NCBI GenBank assembly: GCA_044892505.1
Contig: CM097882.1
Coordinates: forward strand, 377,208,001-377,272,000
Length of the DNA stretch: 64,000 nucleotides
Source of the DNA: Schmidtea nova
Lineage: Eukaryota
Direction of reading: 5' to 3'
Shown here: positions 36,301 to 47,442 of the stretch, piece by piece
Layout of the letters: every line of letters begins with the position of its first letter
Numbering within the stretch: the stretch's first letter is position 1
Made by a program: the position numbers and the translations under genes
Notes under the pieces: model-generated
Told to the model about the DNA's origin: nothing
Database searches by the model: none
What the model saw: the letters and a program-made list of their open reading frames with translations, nothing else

Positions 36301-39300
36301 TGTTTAATTGAAAATGAGTTACAGAGACTAAATTCTCTGAAATAAAAATATTTTAATTATAATTGACTTATTAATCAACATATTTTTTCATTAACTATTT
36401 CCTTATTTAGTAATTACTTGTAAAGTTTATATTTTAAAATCAATTATAATTGTTTATAATCATTAATTTTTTCAGATGTTGTAATTGTTTTAATGTCTTA
36501 AAATTATCAATATTTTTAACATTAATTAACAAAAAAAATTTGATCTAAAGTTTTAGAAAAATTAATATGAAAATTATTGAATAAAAAAAATATCAAACGT
36601 GAGACCAAATTATAATTATGTTAAAATGGTCAGTTTTTATTTTAATTTGTAATAAATATTAAATTCCTAAAATGAAAAAAGATATCAACTTAATTGATAC
36701 CAAAATGTTGACTAACGTCACTCATCTCTTAGTAAGTAAGTTATTTCTTGGGAAATTTTTCAAAGTCCGAAAGATTTTATTTTTAAATTTTGCGAAAATT
36801 TCAAATTATTTTAAATAGCTATATTATTGTACATCATTATTTTAAATGTATAAAACGCTTAAAGGAAAAAAAGGTGGAAGACAAATTTTATTTGATATCA
36901 CAAAGAAAAATCTTTTTAATAGACTATTTAAAATCGACTTTGGGAAGTGTTGAGATTTAGTGGTAATATTTATATACAAGATAACAAAGTTTATAAAGAT
37001 ACAATTATGACAAATAAATGGAAATAAATCTTAACACTACGCGAGAAATGAAAGGAGGATCACATGGAAAGAGTTGAAAAAGAATGAAAAAATAAAAAGA
37101 TATACAAATTTGACAAAGATAATAAAAGATGATAAATAAATCTATGTTATACCACAAGTAGGCCACCATTTATTTAAAATTTTAACATTTTATATCAATT
37201 TGAAAAAGTAACATTAAAAAAATAGACCGCAAAATATACATTAATTGACAAATAATTTACTCGAAATAAATTATAATGAAAATGACAATTTCACTTTCTA
37301 TAAAGCTTATTTTTCCAATAGGTAAAAGATAAAGACAATATCTATCGTTGCGTTGGCCAGTTATGTGGTCTGGCCATATACAACGGGGTGATTATAGATC
37401 TTCATTTTCCATTGGTTTTATTCAAGAAGCTTCTTGGAGAAGTCTCATCCTTAGATGATTTAGTTGAATTGGATCCAGTTCTCGGGAACTCATTGCAGCA
37501 AGTACTGGACTACAACGAGAAAGATTTTAAAGATGTTTTCGGATTATATCATGAAGTTAGAAAATTCAGTTATTGTTTTTATTATTAAAAATATATTTTC
37601 AAGTTTTATTTTAATTTTAATTTTTCATATATCATAATCGTTTTATTTTAGAATTTTCTATTTTTGTATAAATACTATCGATGAATTTATTTTTAAAAAT
37701 ACATGAACTTCCGACACAGCCTTTTCAAGTGTGAGCACACTTAAGAAAAAAAGTCACTAAGTCTATGAGTCCGATAGTAAACAAGTACCGTGAGGGAAAA
37801 TCAAAAATAACTTTGAAGAGAGTTAAGTAGTACGTGAAATCGCTTAGAGGTAAACGAGGGAAGCCGAAGCTGATGTATGTGATTCAGTTGATTGAGTGTT
37901 ACCTCGTTTTTATTGAAATCTTACAAGGATTCGCTGTTGATGAGCTCGTAATATACGATCAATGCACTTTCTATTCATCAAAACTGTGACCAATAGAATT
38001 ATTTTTCTGTCGTATTGATAAAAGTAACCAGTTCTTTGGAATCGGTTTGACAGTTCGATGCACGGTTAATTATAGTGTTTTGGGGATTGCAATTTGCTAA
38101 TTTTCATACTTGTCAATGCTGACTAATTGATGGCTAGTTCTAGATGATTGTTAAAGCGTAAATTTAAAGTCTGCAGTGTATATGTAGGTTACACTAGAAA
38201 CACGGATTAAAACACGGGAGTTTCGAAACTACATTGCAAAATTAATGTAAAGGTTTGCTTTTGTAAACTGGGATGTGACCTCGTCGAAACACAGAGTGCA
38301 ACATCGACTCGCCTAGAGATATTTGTATCTCGTCGGAGTTGTAGCGATTATGTAAGATCCGGAAAGATGGTGAACTATGCACTAGCAGGTTGAAGTCAGA
38401 GGAAATTCTGCTGGAGGACCGCGGTAGTTTTAACGTGTAAATCAGTTGTCGGACCTGAGTATAGGGGCGAAAGAATAATCGAACTATCTAAATAAAATTT
38501 CTGAAATTGAAAAACAAAATCAAAGGTGAAAATCTAAAAAAAAATGTTAATGATAATATAATCTTTCTATGTTTAATGTAAAAATAAGATTGGTTGACTG
38601 ACACATAATGAATGCTGTGCTGATAATCTGTGTTTAACTCAAAATGACCCGTTGACATTCTGTAATAAATTGAAAAAGTAATTGAAAATAAAAAACTTTG
38701 AATGAAAATAAGATTGAGAAATATTTTTTTAAAGAAGACTGGCATTAAGATAGATACTTTTAAATTGAAACCCGATATTTGTATTAACTGTAAGGGTCGT
38801 GCACTGCAATAGACCCTTACTCTACAGTTGGGCTGTGACAATAATTTTGATTTTGGGCTTTTATAGTTCATTTTAAATTCATTTTACTTTCATATTTAGT
38901 TTTATGTTTACTTTTACTTATTATTTACTTAATATATAAATCTTTCATTGCGAACTCTTAATTTAAAATGACCATATGCCCGCTTTTTCAGAGGTTTGTG
39001 TATTGCATTCGTCATTGTAACAAATGTTCATTGAGAAAAATTATTTTACGCATTAAACGGCAGCGTATGGCGTTCCTCGTATAAATTAAATAAACTAATA
39101 TAAAAAACACGGCCTCATATCAAATATCTAGTAAACTGATAAAGTCGATGGGTATGGACTCTTGATATGATTTGTATTTAGTATTTTCTTGATTACATAA
39201 TAAAATTGCTTTATCTTTTTTCAAAGCTTTTATTAATTAATAGATATTGTGGGAGGACATTGAAGGGAAATCTCATATCCACGAATTGGTGACAGGCGGG

Positions 39301-42300
39301 AAATCGGTTCCAGTGACAAATGACAATAAAGAACAATTTGTATTAGATTACATCCATTTCATGTTAGATAAGAATGTAGCTTCAGGATTCGACGCGTTCA
39401 AAATAGGATTCTATCTAGTTTGTGTTGGTTCAGTGCTTAAATTATTCCGCCCAATAGAACTACAAGTAAATATGCAGATGATGTAATACTGAAAATGCTT
39501 AATTTATACAAATCATAAATCAAGGAAATGATGGTCGGTTGTGAGATCAATGAATGGTCTGAATTGCAAAACAACGCAGTCTATGAGGGTGATTATTGGA
39601 AAGGTCATCAGGTGATCATTTGGTTTTGGGAGGTATTTAAAGAAATTAATATTGAGAAAAAGAAACGATTTCTAAGATTTTTAACAGGATGTGACAGGGC
39701 CCCAATAACAGGGGTTACTGATTTCAAAGTGAGGAGTAAATCATTGCATTTAACATAAATATATTTTAAATTAAAATTAAAATTACATAATCAAATTAGA
39801 GTAAAAGATTTTGTAGATATTAAAACAATCATTTTATTACGTATTTTAAATAAGTATTTTAAGTTAAAATCGTGTAATTTTAATACGTTGACTGCTTTCA
39901 TAAAGGTGAATACTAAATCTGTATTGTGTACTGCGGACGGCACATGTGTCAGTTAGCGGGTTAAAATAATAAATAAAATAAAAATTTTTTAAAAAAAGAT
40001 TTTAGGATAATAATTTCAAATGAGTATTTCGCATAAGTAGTTTTACATTAAAATAGTTCAATTTGGTTTTGTTATTTTTGAAGGTTTTATTTTCAAAAAA
40101 TAATAAATTAGATAAAAATGTTATATAGATAGATTTCATAAAAAATAATTTAAGTAAGTATTTTTAAATAAAAAAATGCTCGTTTTTATTTTGTTTAAAT
40201 ATCTTCGAAGACAAAATTATTTCTTGAATTAAATAAATATTTTTGGATAAATGACTTCGGATTCTGAATTAGATGAAGATTTTCTAACAACATCTAATAA
40301 TAAATTCTTTTCATTTTTAAACTATTCAGACAAATTGCTTCTGATAAATAATCTAAATAATTAATAGAAATTTAGATAATAAGATAATTAATTTTTTTCA
40401 TTGTGAATATTTATAATTTATAGAAATTTAAAATTAATCTTTATTTAAATTAAATGAAATTTTACAAAATATTTAAAATATGTAAAAGAAAATTAAAAAA
40501 AATTATTAAATTACGATTTTAATTTTTTTATATTATATCACCGTGTACAATTATTTTGTACAGACTTAAAGCGTTCCGGAAATTGTTTCTTGAAGAAAAT
40601 AAATTGGCTCAAAGGTTTTGTAAAACACCGCAAATTGGTGGTTAAAAGTTCTTATTTGAATATTCCATCCAGTACTATTATATTACAATTGATCATAAAG
40701 TACTCCTCTTGTTGAGGGGCGGGATACATAGGATTAATATAATACACTTTTATTTTTATTAAACATCAATTTAGTTATTCCCGGAACGCCGCTGTGAGTG
40801 TGTTACTAGGTAGCAATGTCCTGTCTGAACCATTATGAGTTATCGTGCGTTTTTAATAAGATTTTTTAAGTGTATTTTGTTAAATTGTTTGAATTTTTTT
40901 TTTTATTATTATTAAATTAATTAAANNNNNNNNNNNNNNNNNNNNNNNNNNNNNNNNNNNNNNNNNNNNNNNNNNNNNNNNNNNNNNNNNNNNNNNNNNN
41001 NNNNNNNNNNNNNNNNNNNNNNNNNNNNNNNNNNNNNNNNNNNNNNNNNNNNNNNNNNNNNNNNNNNNNNNNNNNNNNNNNNNNNNNNNNNNNNNNNNNG
41101 TTAGTATTATCATAAAATCAAACAATGTGTCACAATTAAATTCATTCCATATATGTTGAGCTTTTTCATATTCATCGGTTATAACTCCTTCGCAAATCGG
41201 TGGCAACTCGTATGTATTTTGTAAAACCTCTAAAGAAGTTGCAAAATTATATGTAAATATCGCCTTCGAAGTAATAATAGTCCCTATAAATTCGGATGAA
41301 GTAAGAGGAAAATCTGTTAAAGTCTTTACAGCATCGTTTAAGCTGGAGCTTACAAATTGGCAAGAATCGATAAATTTTATAGTTAATCGACTCTTGCATA
41401 TAAAGTCAAAAACTTTTCACTTGTAGTAGGAATACAACTTATATTCCAACTTGGAAATTTATTTAAACCATATTTGAGGATATGATGTAAATCATATCCA
41501 CGTAAATTATGAAAAATTACAGGCACGATGAATCTAATTTTCTGAGAAAAATTGCATTTAAAGCAAGATGTACCCAAGTATTTACCTGTATAATGGTCAT
41601 GAACCGGATTCTTCAAAGATTTATTACACAAATAATGGGTTTTTAGCCAAAAACTGCCTTATAAGGAATTTAAATGGGTAACTGATAAGGCAAAATTAAA
41701 TAAAATAATTTATTATTGTGAATCTGCTGATTTAGAAGTATTAACTTATGGGTTTACATTAGAAGTCGATTTAGAAATTCCTGATTCGATTCACGACAAG
41801 CTGGATGATTTTCCAATTGCCTCTGAAAAGATGTGTCCACCTTTTCTCAAAGGTTGAGAAGTTGTTGCTCACGCATTATCCCAAGAAGAACTATGTTGTT
41901 CATTGGAGACTTCTCCAATTCTTTCTTTCTCTTGGAGTAAAAATAACTCATGTCCATAGGGCAATTAAATTTAAACAAGCATGTATTTTTAAGGATTACA
42001 TCGATACCAATACCAGACTTAGAGCAGAATCAAGTAATGCTCTCGGTAAAAATTATTATAAATTATTAAATAATAGTCTCTACGGTAAAACCGTAGAGAA
42101 TCTTAAAAAGCGCATAAATTTAAGATTATGTAATTCGGCTTCTAGGCTGATTACATATACTTCTAAGCCAACTTTCAAAAGGACTTTCGAAATTGACGAT
42201 GATTTGGTTGCCGTCTTGCTGAATAAGGAATCGGTGTGTTTGGATAGACCCAGCTACATTGGCCAAACTGTACTGGATCTATCTAAACTTAGAATGCACC

Positions 42301-43274
42301 AGCTTCAGCATGAAAAGTTACACAAATATTGTGACGACTTCAACTGTGAATTTAACATCGTTGCTGGGGATACTGATTCGTTTTTTCTTGAGGTTAGAAA
42401 TTTTAAGCTTGATATTCTTTTACCGGCCATGATAAGAGATAACTTGCTTGACACTTCTAATTATGATCCGAATCACTCTTTATACAGTAGGAACCTTGAT
42501 TCTGTCATTTGGAAGTTCAAAGACGAGAATAAAGGGCTTAAGTACCAGGAGTGGTTGTTTCTTAGACCTAAATATTAGTCTTTTAGGTTAAGAGGGTAAC
42601 ATTGGTGGGTACTGGCATAAAGTATCAGTTGTACCTGGATTGTTTTAATAATAACCAAATATTTTCTGTTCCCTAAACCAGAATCACGAGTAAAAATCAT
42701 CAACTATTCACTATTAGAAATGAAAAGACTGCACTGACAAACGCAGATGATAAAAAGAAAAGGGTAGCAAAAAAGAAAAGCTTGGCATATGGCCATTATA
42801 TGGAGGGGACTTGGTTATATTTCAACATACCGATCCAAGCATCAATACATATCAACAATTTCAAGATTCAGATGAAAATATCCATGATGACAGTTTTATT
42901 TAAATAAAATTTGTTCAAAAATTTAGTTGTTATTGTTTTTATTTATTTAATTATTCGTTTTATATTGTACAGATTAGTTTCAGTCTATTTTTTATCAGTC
43001 TGTCTTATATTTTATAGATGTTTTTGTCTATCTTTATAATTTTGTAATAATTTCAAGAAACTATGGTTAAATCGTAGATATAATAGCAATAATAAAAATA
43101 ATAAAAATAATAAATAAATAAGTAATAAAATAAGTAATAAATATTTAGTTTAATACTTATTGTAATTATACATGTAATTTTTTTGTTGTGCAGAGTCGTC
43201 TCATTTGTTTTTTATTTGTTTGTAATATTTTGATGAGTGTTTTCATTGAACATTTATCATTAAAGTTGTTCAAA

Positions 43275-43322
<48 letters not shown>

Positions 43323-46300
43323 AACAAAAAAAGGATAATATAAAAATAAATAATAAATAAATAACTAATTAAATAACTAATTAAAAATAATAAATAAAAT
43401 AAATAATATTAAAAAGAATATAAATTTTAAAAAATATAAATATATTAAATAATAAAAATGAATTTAATTTAATTAATTTAATATTAATAAAAAATAAAAA
43501 TTCAAACATTTATACATTTTTACAAAATACACTTAAAAGATCTTATTAAAAACGCACGATAACTCATAGCTGTTCAGACAGGACATTGTTACCTACTTGT
43601 GTTATATGGATTTTTTTACAAAATGACTTACACGATTCTTTGGTGTTTTTTTGATGGATTAATGTAGTTTCTGTATTTTTCATTTAAAACTACATGATTC
43701 GTAACAAAGTATTAAAATTTAAATAATACTGTTCTATAATACAGTTGTTCCGGTAATTTTTAAAAGTCTGCGTAGGAAAATATTTATTTAAAGAGATTGA
43801 AAATGTTAGATTCATTGATCAAAGAATTTGGATTGGAGATTGAAAGATGTAACCACCTGGTCTATTGCCTTTGATTGGATTATATATGTGTAGAATGATA
43901 GATAAGTTTCATTGTTCTAAATGTATTTAGTTTTATATTATCAAACCATTTTTCGATTTAATAACGAAGTTGACATTCGTGCTGATTACTTTTCTTATTC
44001 TATTGTTTTTTGAATTAATTGGTGTGATTGTTGGCGATTCTAAAATTTCTGTATTGCTGTTGTCATTTATATTTGTCAAATTTCATGGGTGAAATGCCAC
44101 ATACCTTGAAAAAGACTGTCCAACTTCTCTGTATTCGAGTTTCCGATCATAGTCAATATACCTTTTTGTGACGTGCTATTTTCCTATTAAATATGCCTAT
44201 TAGACGGACAGTTCCTGTAGTTTCGAAAGTTATCAAGTATGCAAAGGTTCGTATGCCCACTATAAAATTAGAACTATTATTGCCAGATTCATACATGACA
44301 AATAAAATAACATACAAGTTTAAACTTGCCTATAATCACAAATAAACATATCTAACACATAAAACGGAAGCGTCTGGCATTCTTCGCTTAAATATAATTA
44401 AATTTTTGGTCTTTGACTATTTGTCACGTTTTTTTCTCCTGGGAATATACGGTTTTCGGATCTGTTTCCAATCATATTGGTGTTTGTGAATATTATGTGA
44501 TTGTTGATGATTCTTATTTTTTTCTTTTGATCTTTATTCTATACACGTTTAATTTTTCAAATTTCATGGGTGAAATGTAACATACTTTGGAGAAGACTGA
44601 CCGTCTTTTTTGAACTCGAGTTTTAAAGCATTTTCAATTGATGATTATGGACTTCGTCTTCAATCATACTGTTGTTTATAAATATGGGAATATTTATAAA
44701 ATATTCTTAAAGAAATATTTAAAAAAGAATATGGCTTTTTAAGATTAATTTATTTAAATTAAAAATTAATTTTATCTTTTTAAATGTTTCGGCTTTTTTA
44801 TAAAATTATATTTTTCATTTTTTAAGAAAAATATGATTAATTTGTTTGAAAATCGTTTTACTTGATTTATATTGGAATGGTTTTAAATAGCACCTGATGA
44901 TGAGAAGAAGTTTCTTGAAACATATTGTGCAGAATATTTTTTTGGATAGGCGTTTGTTTATCATTATTTCAGTTATTTCATTATTTTGTTGTGCTATGAA
45001 CTGTTGTAATTAATTCATTTTGATATTTTTTGTATTTTCTATTTATTATTCTTAAATTAATGCATTCGGGAAATCATTCCTATATTACAAACTTTAAAAT
45101 TATAAAGAATGTTTACATAAGGTGTCATTTTAACTAGTGAAATGAAGATTTCGGTACTTCATTCTATAGCAAAAACAACACTGTTTGTGAAATATAATTC
45201 AAATAAAGTACAAACATTTTGGTAATGTGAAACCTGAACGATGACAATGCAATTATTTTAAATGTTAGTTTGAAATAATGATTGAAATTGAAAAATTTAT
45301 TTTAATTATATTTTCAAATAAATCATTTTTAATTATTTAATCATGATTTTCTTGATGAATTGTTCGAAATAAGCAATCCGTGAATGAAAAGTTCATATAC
45401 GCCGAAATATTAATATTAATTAAAAATAATGATATTTATAAATGACTATTTTGTATTAATAATTTAGTTTGACAATCGAATTATGTCAAAACATTCAGCA
45501 AATTTTAATTTTATTTAAATTTAAAAAATATCTATGATTTTAAAATAATAAAAAAATTTTTTTTTTTTATAATATCTTTAATAATTTTAGAATCAAATAA
45601 TTTTTTATTTTCGGATGACTGACATTATGAGTTAACCAATGCACTGAGTTCGATTATGAGTGGATTCGAGTTTCTTTTATAGCACCCTTGAGAATTAAAT
45701 GATTTCGAAACCGCATCGAATCACATATTAAAAATTATTTTAATCAGCCAATCATCCTAGTATCAAAAATAATTTCATTTTATATGATTACTTATCTGCA
45801 ATAGGATGTTATTGCAAGCTTTACTGCGTTTAATCCTATGGTTATAGAGGAATGATATGATTTTCTCATACATCTAGTTAGTAATCGAAGTTTCTTACAT
45901 GGTACTAGTGAAATCCCAAAAAAGCTCGAAAACGCCTCTCAAATTATTGAAAAAAAATTTTAATCATGTTTAATTTAATTTATTTTAATTTTAAAATTTA
46001 ATATATTGTACAATATTATAAAATGCAAAAAAAACTTTGTTCAGTTAATTACAACATAAAAATGTTTTTCTGTTATTGCAAAAACGAACAACTAAACAAA
46101 ATTATGAAATACACCTAATTCTGTTTTTACACGAATTTGATTTAACACGAATTAAAAAGAATTTTTTTTTCTCATTTTACACGAATTGCTTTGTTTTAAC
46201 ACGATTTTCAATATTCTATGAATTTTTTTTGATGTTCTTTTAATTTTTTTTATTTTCATTTTTCACAAATTATGTATACATACATTTTAACTTCGCGTTA

Positions 46301-46798
46301 TATTCTTCAGAAATCAGTTAGATTATTTTTTATATAATATATTTAATGAATTAAAATGTGTAAGCACGAAAAATAAATTCCTTTGTGAACTCTAACAAGG
46401 ATTTTTTTATATTTATTATTATACTTTTGTTTTTTATTGTACTTTTGTTGCTTTTTTAGGTATGTAACCAATCTACTATTTTTCCATTTAGCCAATATCT
46501 TTTTTTACACAAATTTTTTAGGAACGTATCTATCATGTAAAAACAGAATTAGGTGTATTATATATTAATTTTATTAATCAGCCACATTTTATTATTACTG
46601 ACAGAATTTATTGGAGTGATTTAATGCATTTTTATCATTTAGATCGTCATCCAGCCGACAAATGGTGGAGATCAATTTTATCCAGTTGCCCATACTTGTT
46701 ATAATCTTCTAGATCTGCCAAAATATAGTTCAAAAAAAATTTTAAAGACGAAGCTTTTGGCCGCTATTGAACACACCGAAGGATTTACTTTAGTATAG
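11516..46798 (+). CDS. HERC4: Small HERC (HERC3/4-like) HECT E3 ubiquitin ligase, 3' part, multi-exon
   Basis: Confident GT-AG exons 21394-21513, 25863-26132, 26181-26228, 36069-36164, 37322-37555, 39244-39465, 39525-39728 and 46643-46798 splice in frame. They encode FCSYPFVFDAKAK, EEAVDDGGVVKEYF, GLAIYN...DLHFP, FLRFLTGCDRAP and PVAHTCYNLLDLPKY (catalytic Cys). Tentative exons: 11516-11605, 11979-12035, 12965-13014. RCC1-repeat exons not seen; the symbol is family-level only. Confidence 0.88.
12965..13014 (+). CDS. Tentative HERC exon (AWITKLKPRYFKKIVE)
   Basis: AG/GT flanks; resembles the WWS.LEPPLFLKIVE segment of HERC4 as recalled; phase-compatible with candidate exon 11979-12035. Confidence 0.5.
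13600..13676 (+). ncRNA. Degenerate minimal hammerhead inside a perfect 21-bp inverted repeat
   Basis: CGGATGA...GTC GAAA CTAG TA (U4 replaced by G) flanked by TTTTGAAAAAAACAACATTTG / CAAATGTTGTTTTTTTCAAAA. Confidence 0.5.
13793..14012 (+). ncRNA. ~220-bp structured element with type I minimal hammerhead (copy 1)
   Basis: AGCA-CTGATGA-GAGC(TAAAA)GCTC-GAAA-CTAG-TT-TGCT at 13931-13968; homologous along its length to 25243-25453. Confidence 0.8.
14388..14690. mobile_element. Possible degenerate hAT-type MITE
   Basis: Imperfect inverted ends (CAGAAGTGGGCACAT / GAGCCACATTTGCACACTG); no TSD confirmed. Confidence 0.3.
15365..17245 (+). mobile_element. Penelope-like element, frameshifted (RT + GIY-YIG + terminal pLTR)
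   Basis: KDHKNPLKGRPLIS, WKRYIDDIF, NIVYKLSCQKCDVTYIGETHR; same family as the copies at 54.7-56.2 kb and 57.5-58.0 kb. Confidence 0.9.
17268..17461. repeat. Tandem duplication, 2 x 97 bp
   Basis: Apparently identical units starting at 17268 and 17365. Confidence 0.9.
21394..21513 (+). CDS. HERC exon (INEK...FYIPTINEKIDIEKNFIDW)
   Basis: TTTAG acceptor, GTAAAT donor, 40 codons; resembles the HERC4 pre-HECT segment. Confidence 0.75.
22175..22750. mobile_element. Tc1/mariner-type MITE (576 bp)
   Basis: ~26-bp TIRs (T/C)AGGGTAAACTCGGCT..CTTCGTGA with TA on both sides; no ORF. Confidence 0.8.
24250..25030 (+). mobile_element. Heavily decayed PLE 3' region (second family)
   Basis: Broken KNVFYNI..C.KC, QRI, LKEAIFI...PKFN pattern resembling a PLE GIY-YIG C-terminus. 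Confidence 0.45.
25243..25453 (+). ncRNA. Hammerhead-containing structured element (copy 2, partly decayed)
   Basis: AGCA-CTGACGA-GAGC(CCAAA)GCCT-GAAA-CTAG-TC at 25381-25414; stems I and II each carry a mismatch. Confidence 0.72.
25863..26228 (+). CDS. Two HERC exons (25863-26132, 26181-26228) split by a 48-nt intron
   Basis: FCSYPFVFDAKAK...KKPLK then ISFSNEEAVDDGGVVK; GT-AG intron. Confidence 0.88.
28373..28660. repeat. Seven ~47-bp subterminal direct repeats (mirrored at ~32945-33233)
   Basis: Core GTTGCYAGGGTAAAYAC; unit starts 28373, 28421, 28467, 28514, 28546, 28593, 28640. Confidence 0.85.
29146..30100 (-). pseudogene. polB: Inverted duplicate of the pPolB 3' half (left arm)
   Basis: Reverse complement of 31507-32461 with a handful of substitutions. 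Confidence 0.92.
30239..32461 (+). pseudogene. polB: Protein-primed family B DNA polymerase (pPolB), disrupted
   Basis: VVYADF, C..C...VRDHDHYTG...C..C finger, HNLKIYD, YLKLDV, DINNLYG, KLLNNSLYGK, GDTDS, RPKCYS, KAKG; several stops. Confidence 0.92.
35170..35270 (+). pseudogene. Mariner transposase N-terminal relic
   Basis: MSDHVEFRSGIKFLLLKK resembles MDEVEYRNVIKFYVLLKK of the mariner at 61.8 kb. Confidence 0.45.
35681..35721 (+). ncRNA. Minimal hammerhead ribozyme (PLE type)
   Basis: CTGAAGA-A-GATTG(TTATA)CAATC-GAAA-TATA-TC; palindromic stem III; stem I only ~3 bp. Confidence 0.65.
36069..36164 (+). CDS. HERC HECT exon (EYFLLAIREIM...)
   Basis: TTTTAG acceptor, GTATGC donor, 32 codons, continues GGVVK|EYF. 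Confidence 0.88.
37322..37555 (+). CDS. HERC HECT exon
   Basis: VGQLCGLAIYNGVIIDLHFPLVLFKKLL; AG/GT flanks; 78 codons. Confidence 0.9.
37700..37736 (-). repeat. Solo PLE terminal (pLTR) piece; further degenerate copies near 13150-13190 and 25505-25575
   Basis: Reverse complement ACACTTGAAAAGGCTGTGTCGGAAG matches the PLE terminus at 17160-17184. Confidence 0.6.
37757..38490 (+). rRNA. 28S: Decayed internal fragment of 28S rRNA (5' third), pseudogene
   Basis: AACAAGTACCGTGAGGGAAA, GTACGTGAAA, GAAAGATGGTGAACTATGC and TATAGGGGCGAAAGA.TAATCGAAC conserved LSU blocks; no 5.8S/ITS or 3' part; lies in a HERC intron. Confidence 0.9.
39244..39728 (+). CDS. Two HERC HECT exons (39244-39465, 39525-39728) split by a 59-nt intron
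   Basis: VPVTNDNKEQFV, FRPIELQ|EMMVG, WFWEVF, FLRFLTGCDRAP. Confidence 0.9.
40805..43597. mobile_element. Second mini-Polinton with internally inverted pPolB (spans an N gap)
   Basis: Ends ACTAGG (one mismatch to AGTAGG) and CCTACT; TSD TGTGTT at 40799-40804 and 43598-43603; ~120-bp TIRs; pPolB N-part on - (41100-41634) and C-part on + (41636-~42850). Confidence 0.82.
43278..43320. repeat. (AAT)n microsatellite
   Basis: Seen directly. Confidence 0.9.
44890..44930 (+). ncRNA. Minimal hammerhead ribozyme (another family)
   Basis: GCAC-CTGATGA-T-GAGAA(GAAGT)TTCTT-GAAA-CATA-TT-GTGC. Confidence 0.65.
46643..46798 (+). CDS. Terminal HERC exon with catalytic Cys
   Basis: IVIQPTNGGDQFYPVAHTCYNLLDLPKY...AIEHTEGFTLV*; TTTAG acceptor. 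Confidence 0.92.
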   Translation: MVIQPTNGGDQFYPVAHTCYNLLDLPKYSSKKILKTKLLAAIEHTEGFTLV

Positions 46799-47442
46799 TC
46801 ATGATAAATATTCATTATTTATTTATAGCTCAACATTTGTGTTGATTTAAACAAATTAACCTATTTATTGTTTTCAATAAAAATCTTCCAATTTATTTCT
46901 TTTATATACATGTAACAAGAATTAAAAATTTAATAAATGAGTATTGTCAATTCGATGAAAAGCTATGTGGATGGGTTTCATTGAAATGATGGGAGTAGTT
47001 TATTGTTACCAGGAAGAGATCACCATCAATTCACGGCAAGGACATATATTTATGTTTTTTATAATAATTTATATTTATTAGCCATTGAAATATTTTTATA
47101 TTCACATCAGTAAAACAAATTATTAATCAAGCAACAAGCGATGCAATAGTGCATCATCAAAAATATAAAATAATGAAATGCGAAATGCGAAATGGGTGTT
47201 TTACTTTGAAATTGAAAGAAATATATTGTTAAGATATCATAATAAATAAACAAAATTTAATTAAATATGCAGTACCATTTGATTTAGTTGGACCTTTTTG
47301 AGCAAACACTCCATATTTCTGTCAAAGCTTTCTTATCGAAACATTTCCTTTTTTCTTGTCTTCTTTATGAACACTTTCTTATACAGATATGGCTCCAAGC
47401 TTGAGAATCCTGACCAATATGCTATTCCTAACTAGTCACATC

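Noticed and set aside
37757-38490. Functional rDNA unit
   Set aside because: Internal fragment only, conserved blocks damaged, and located in an intron.
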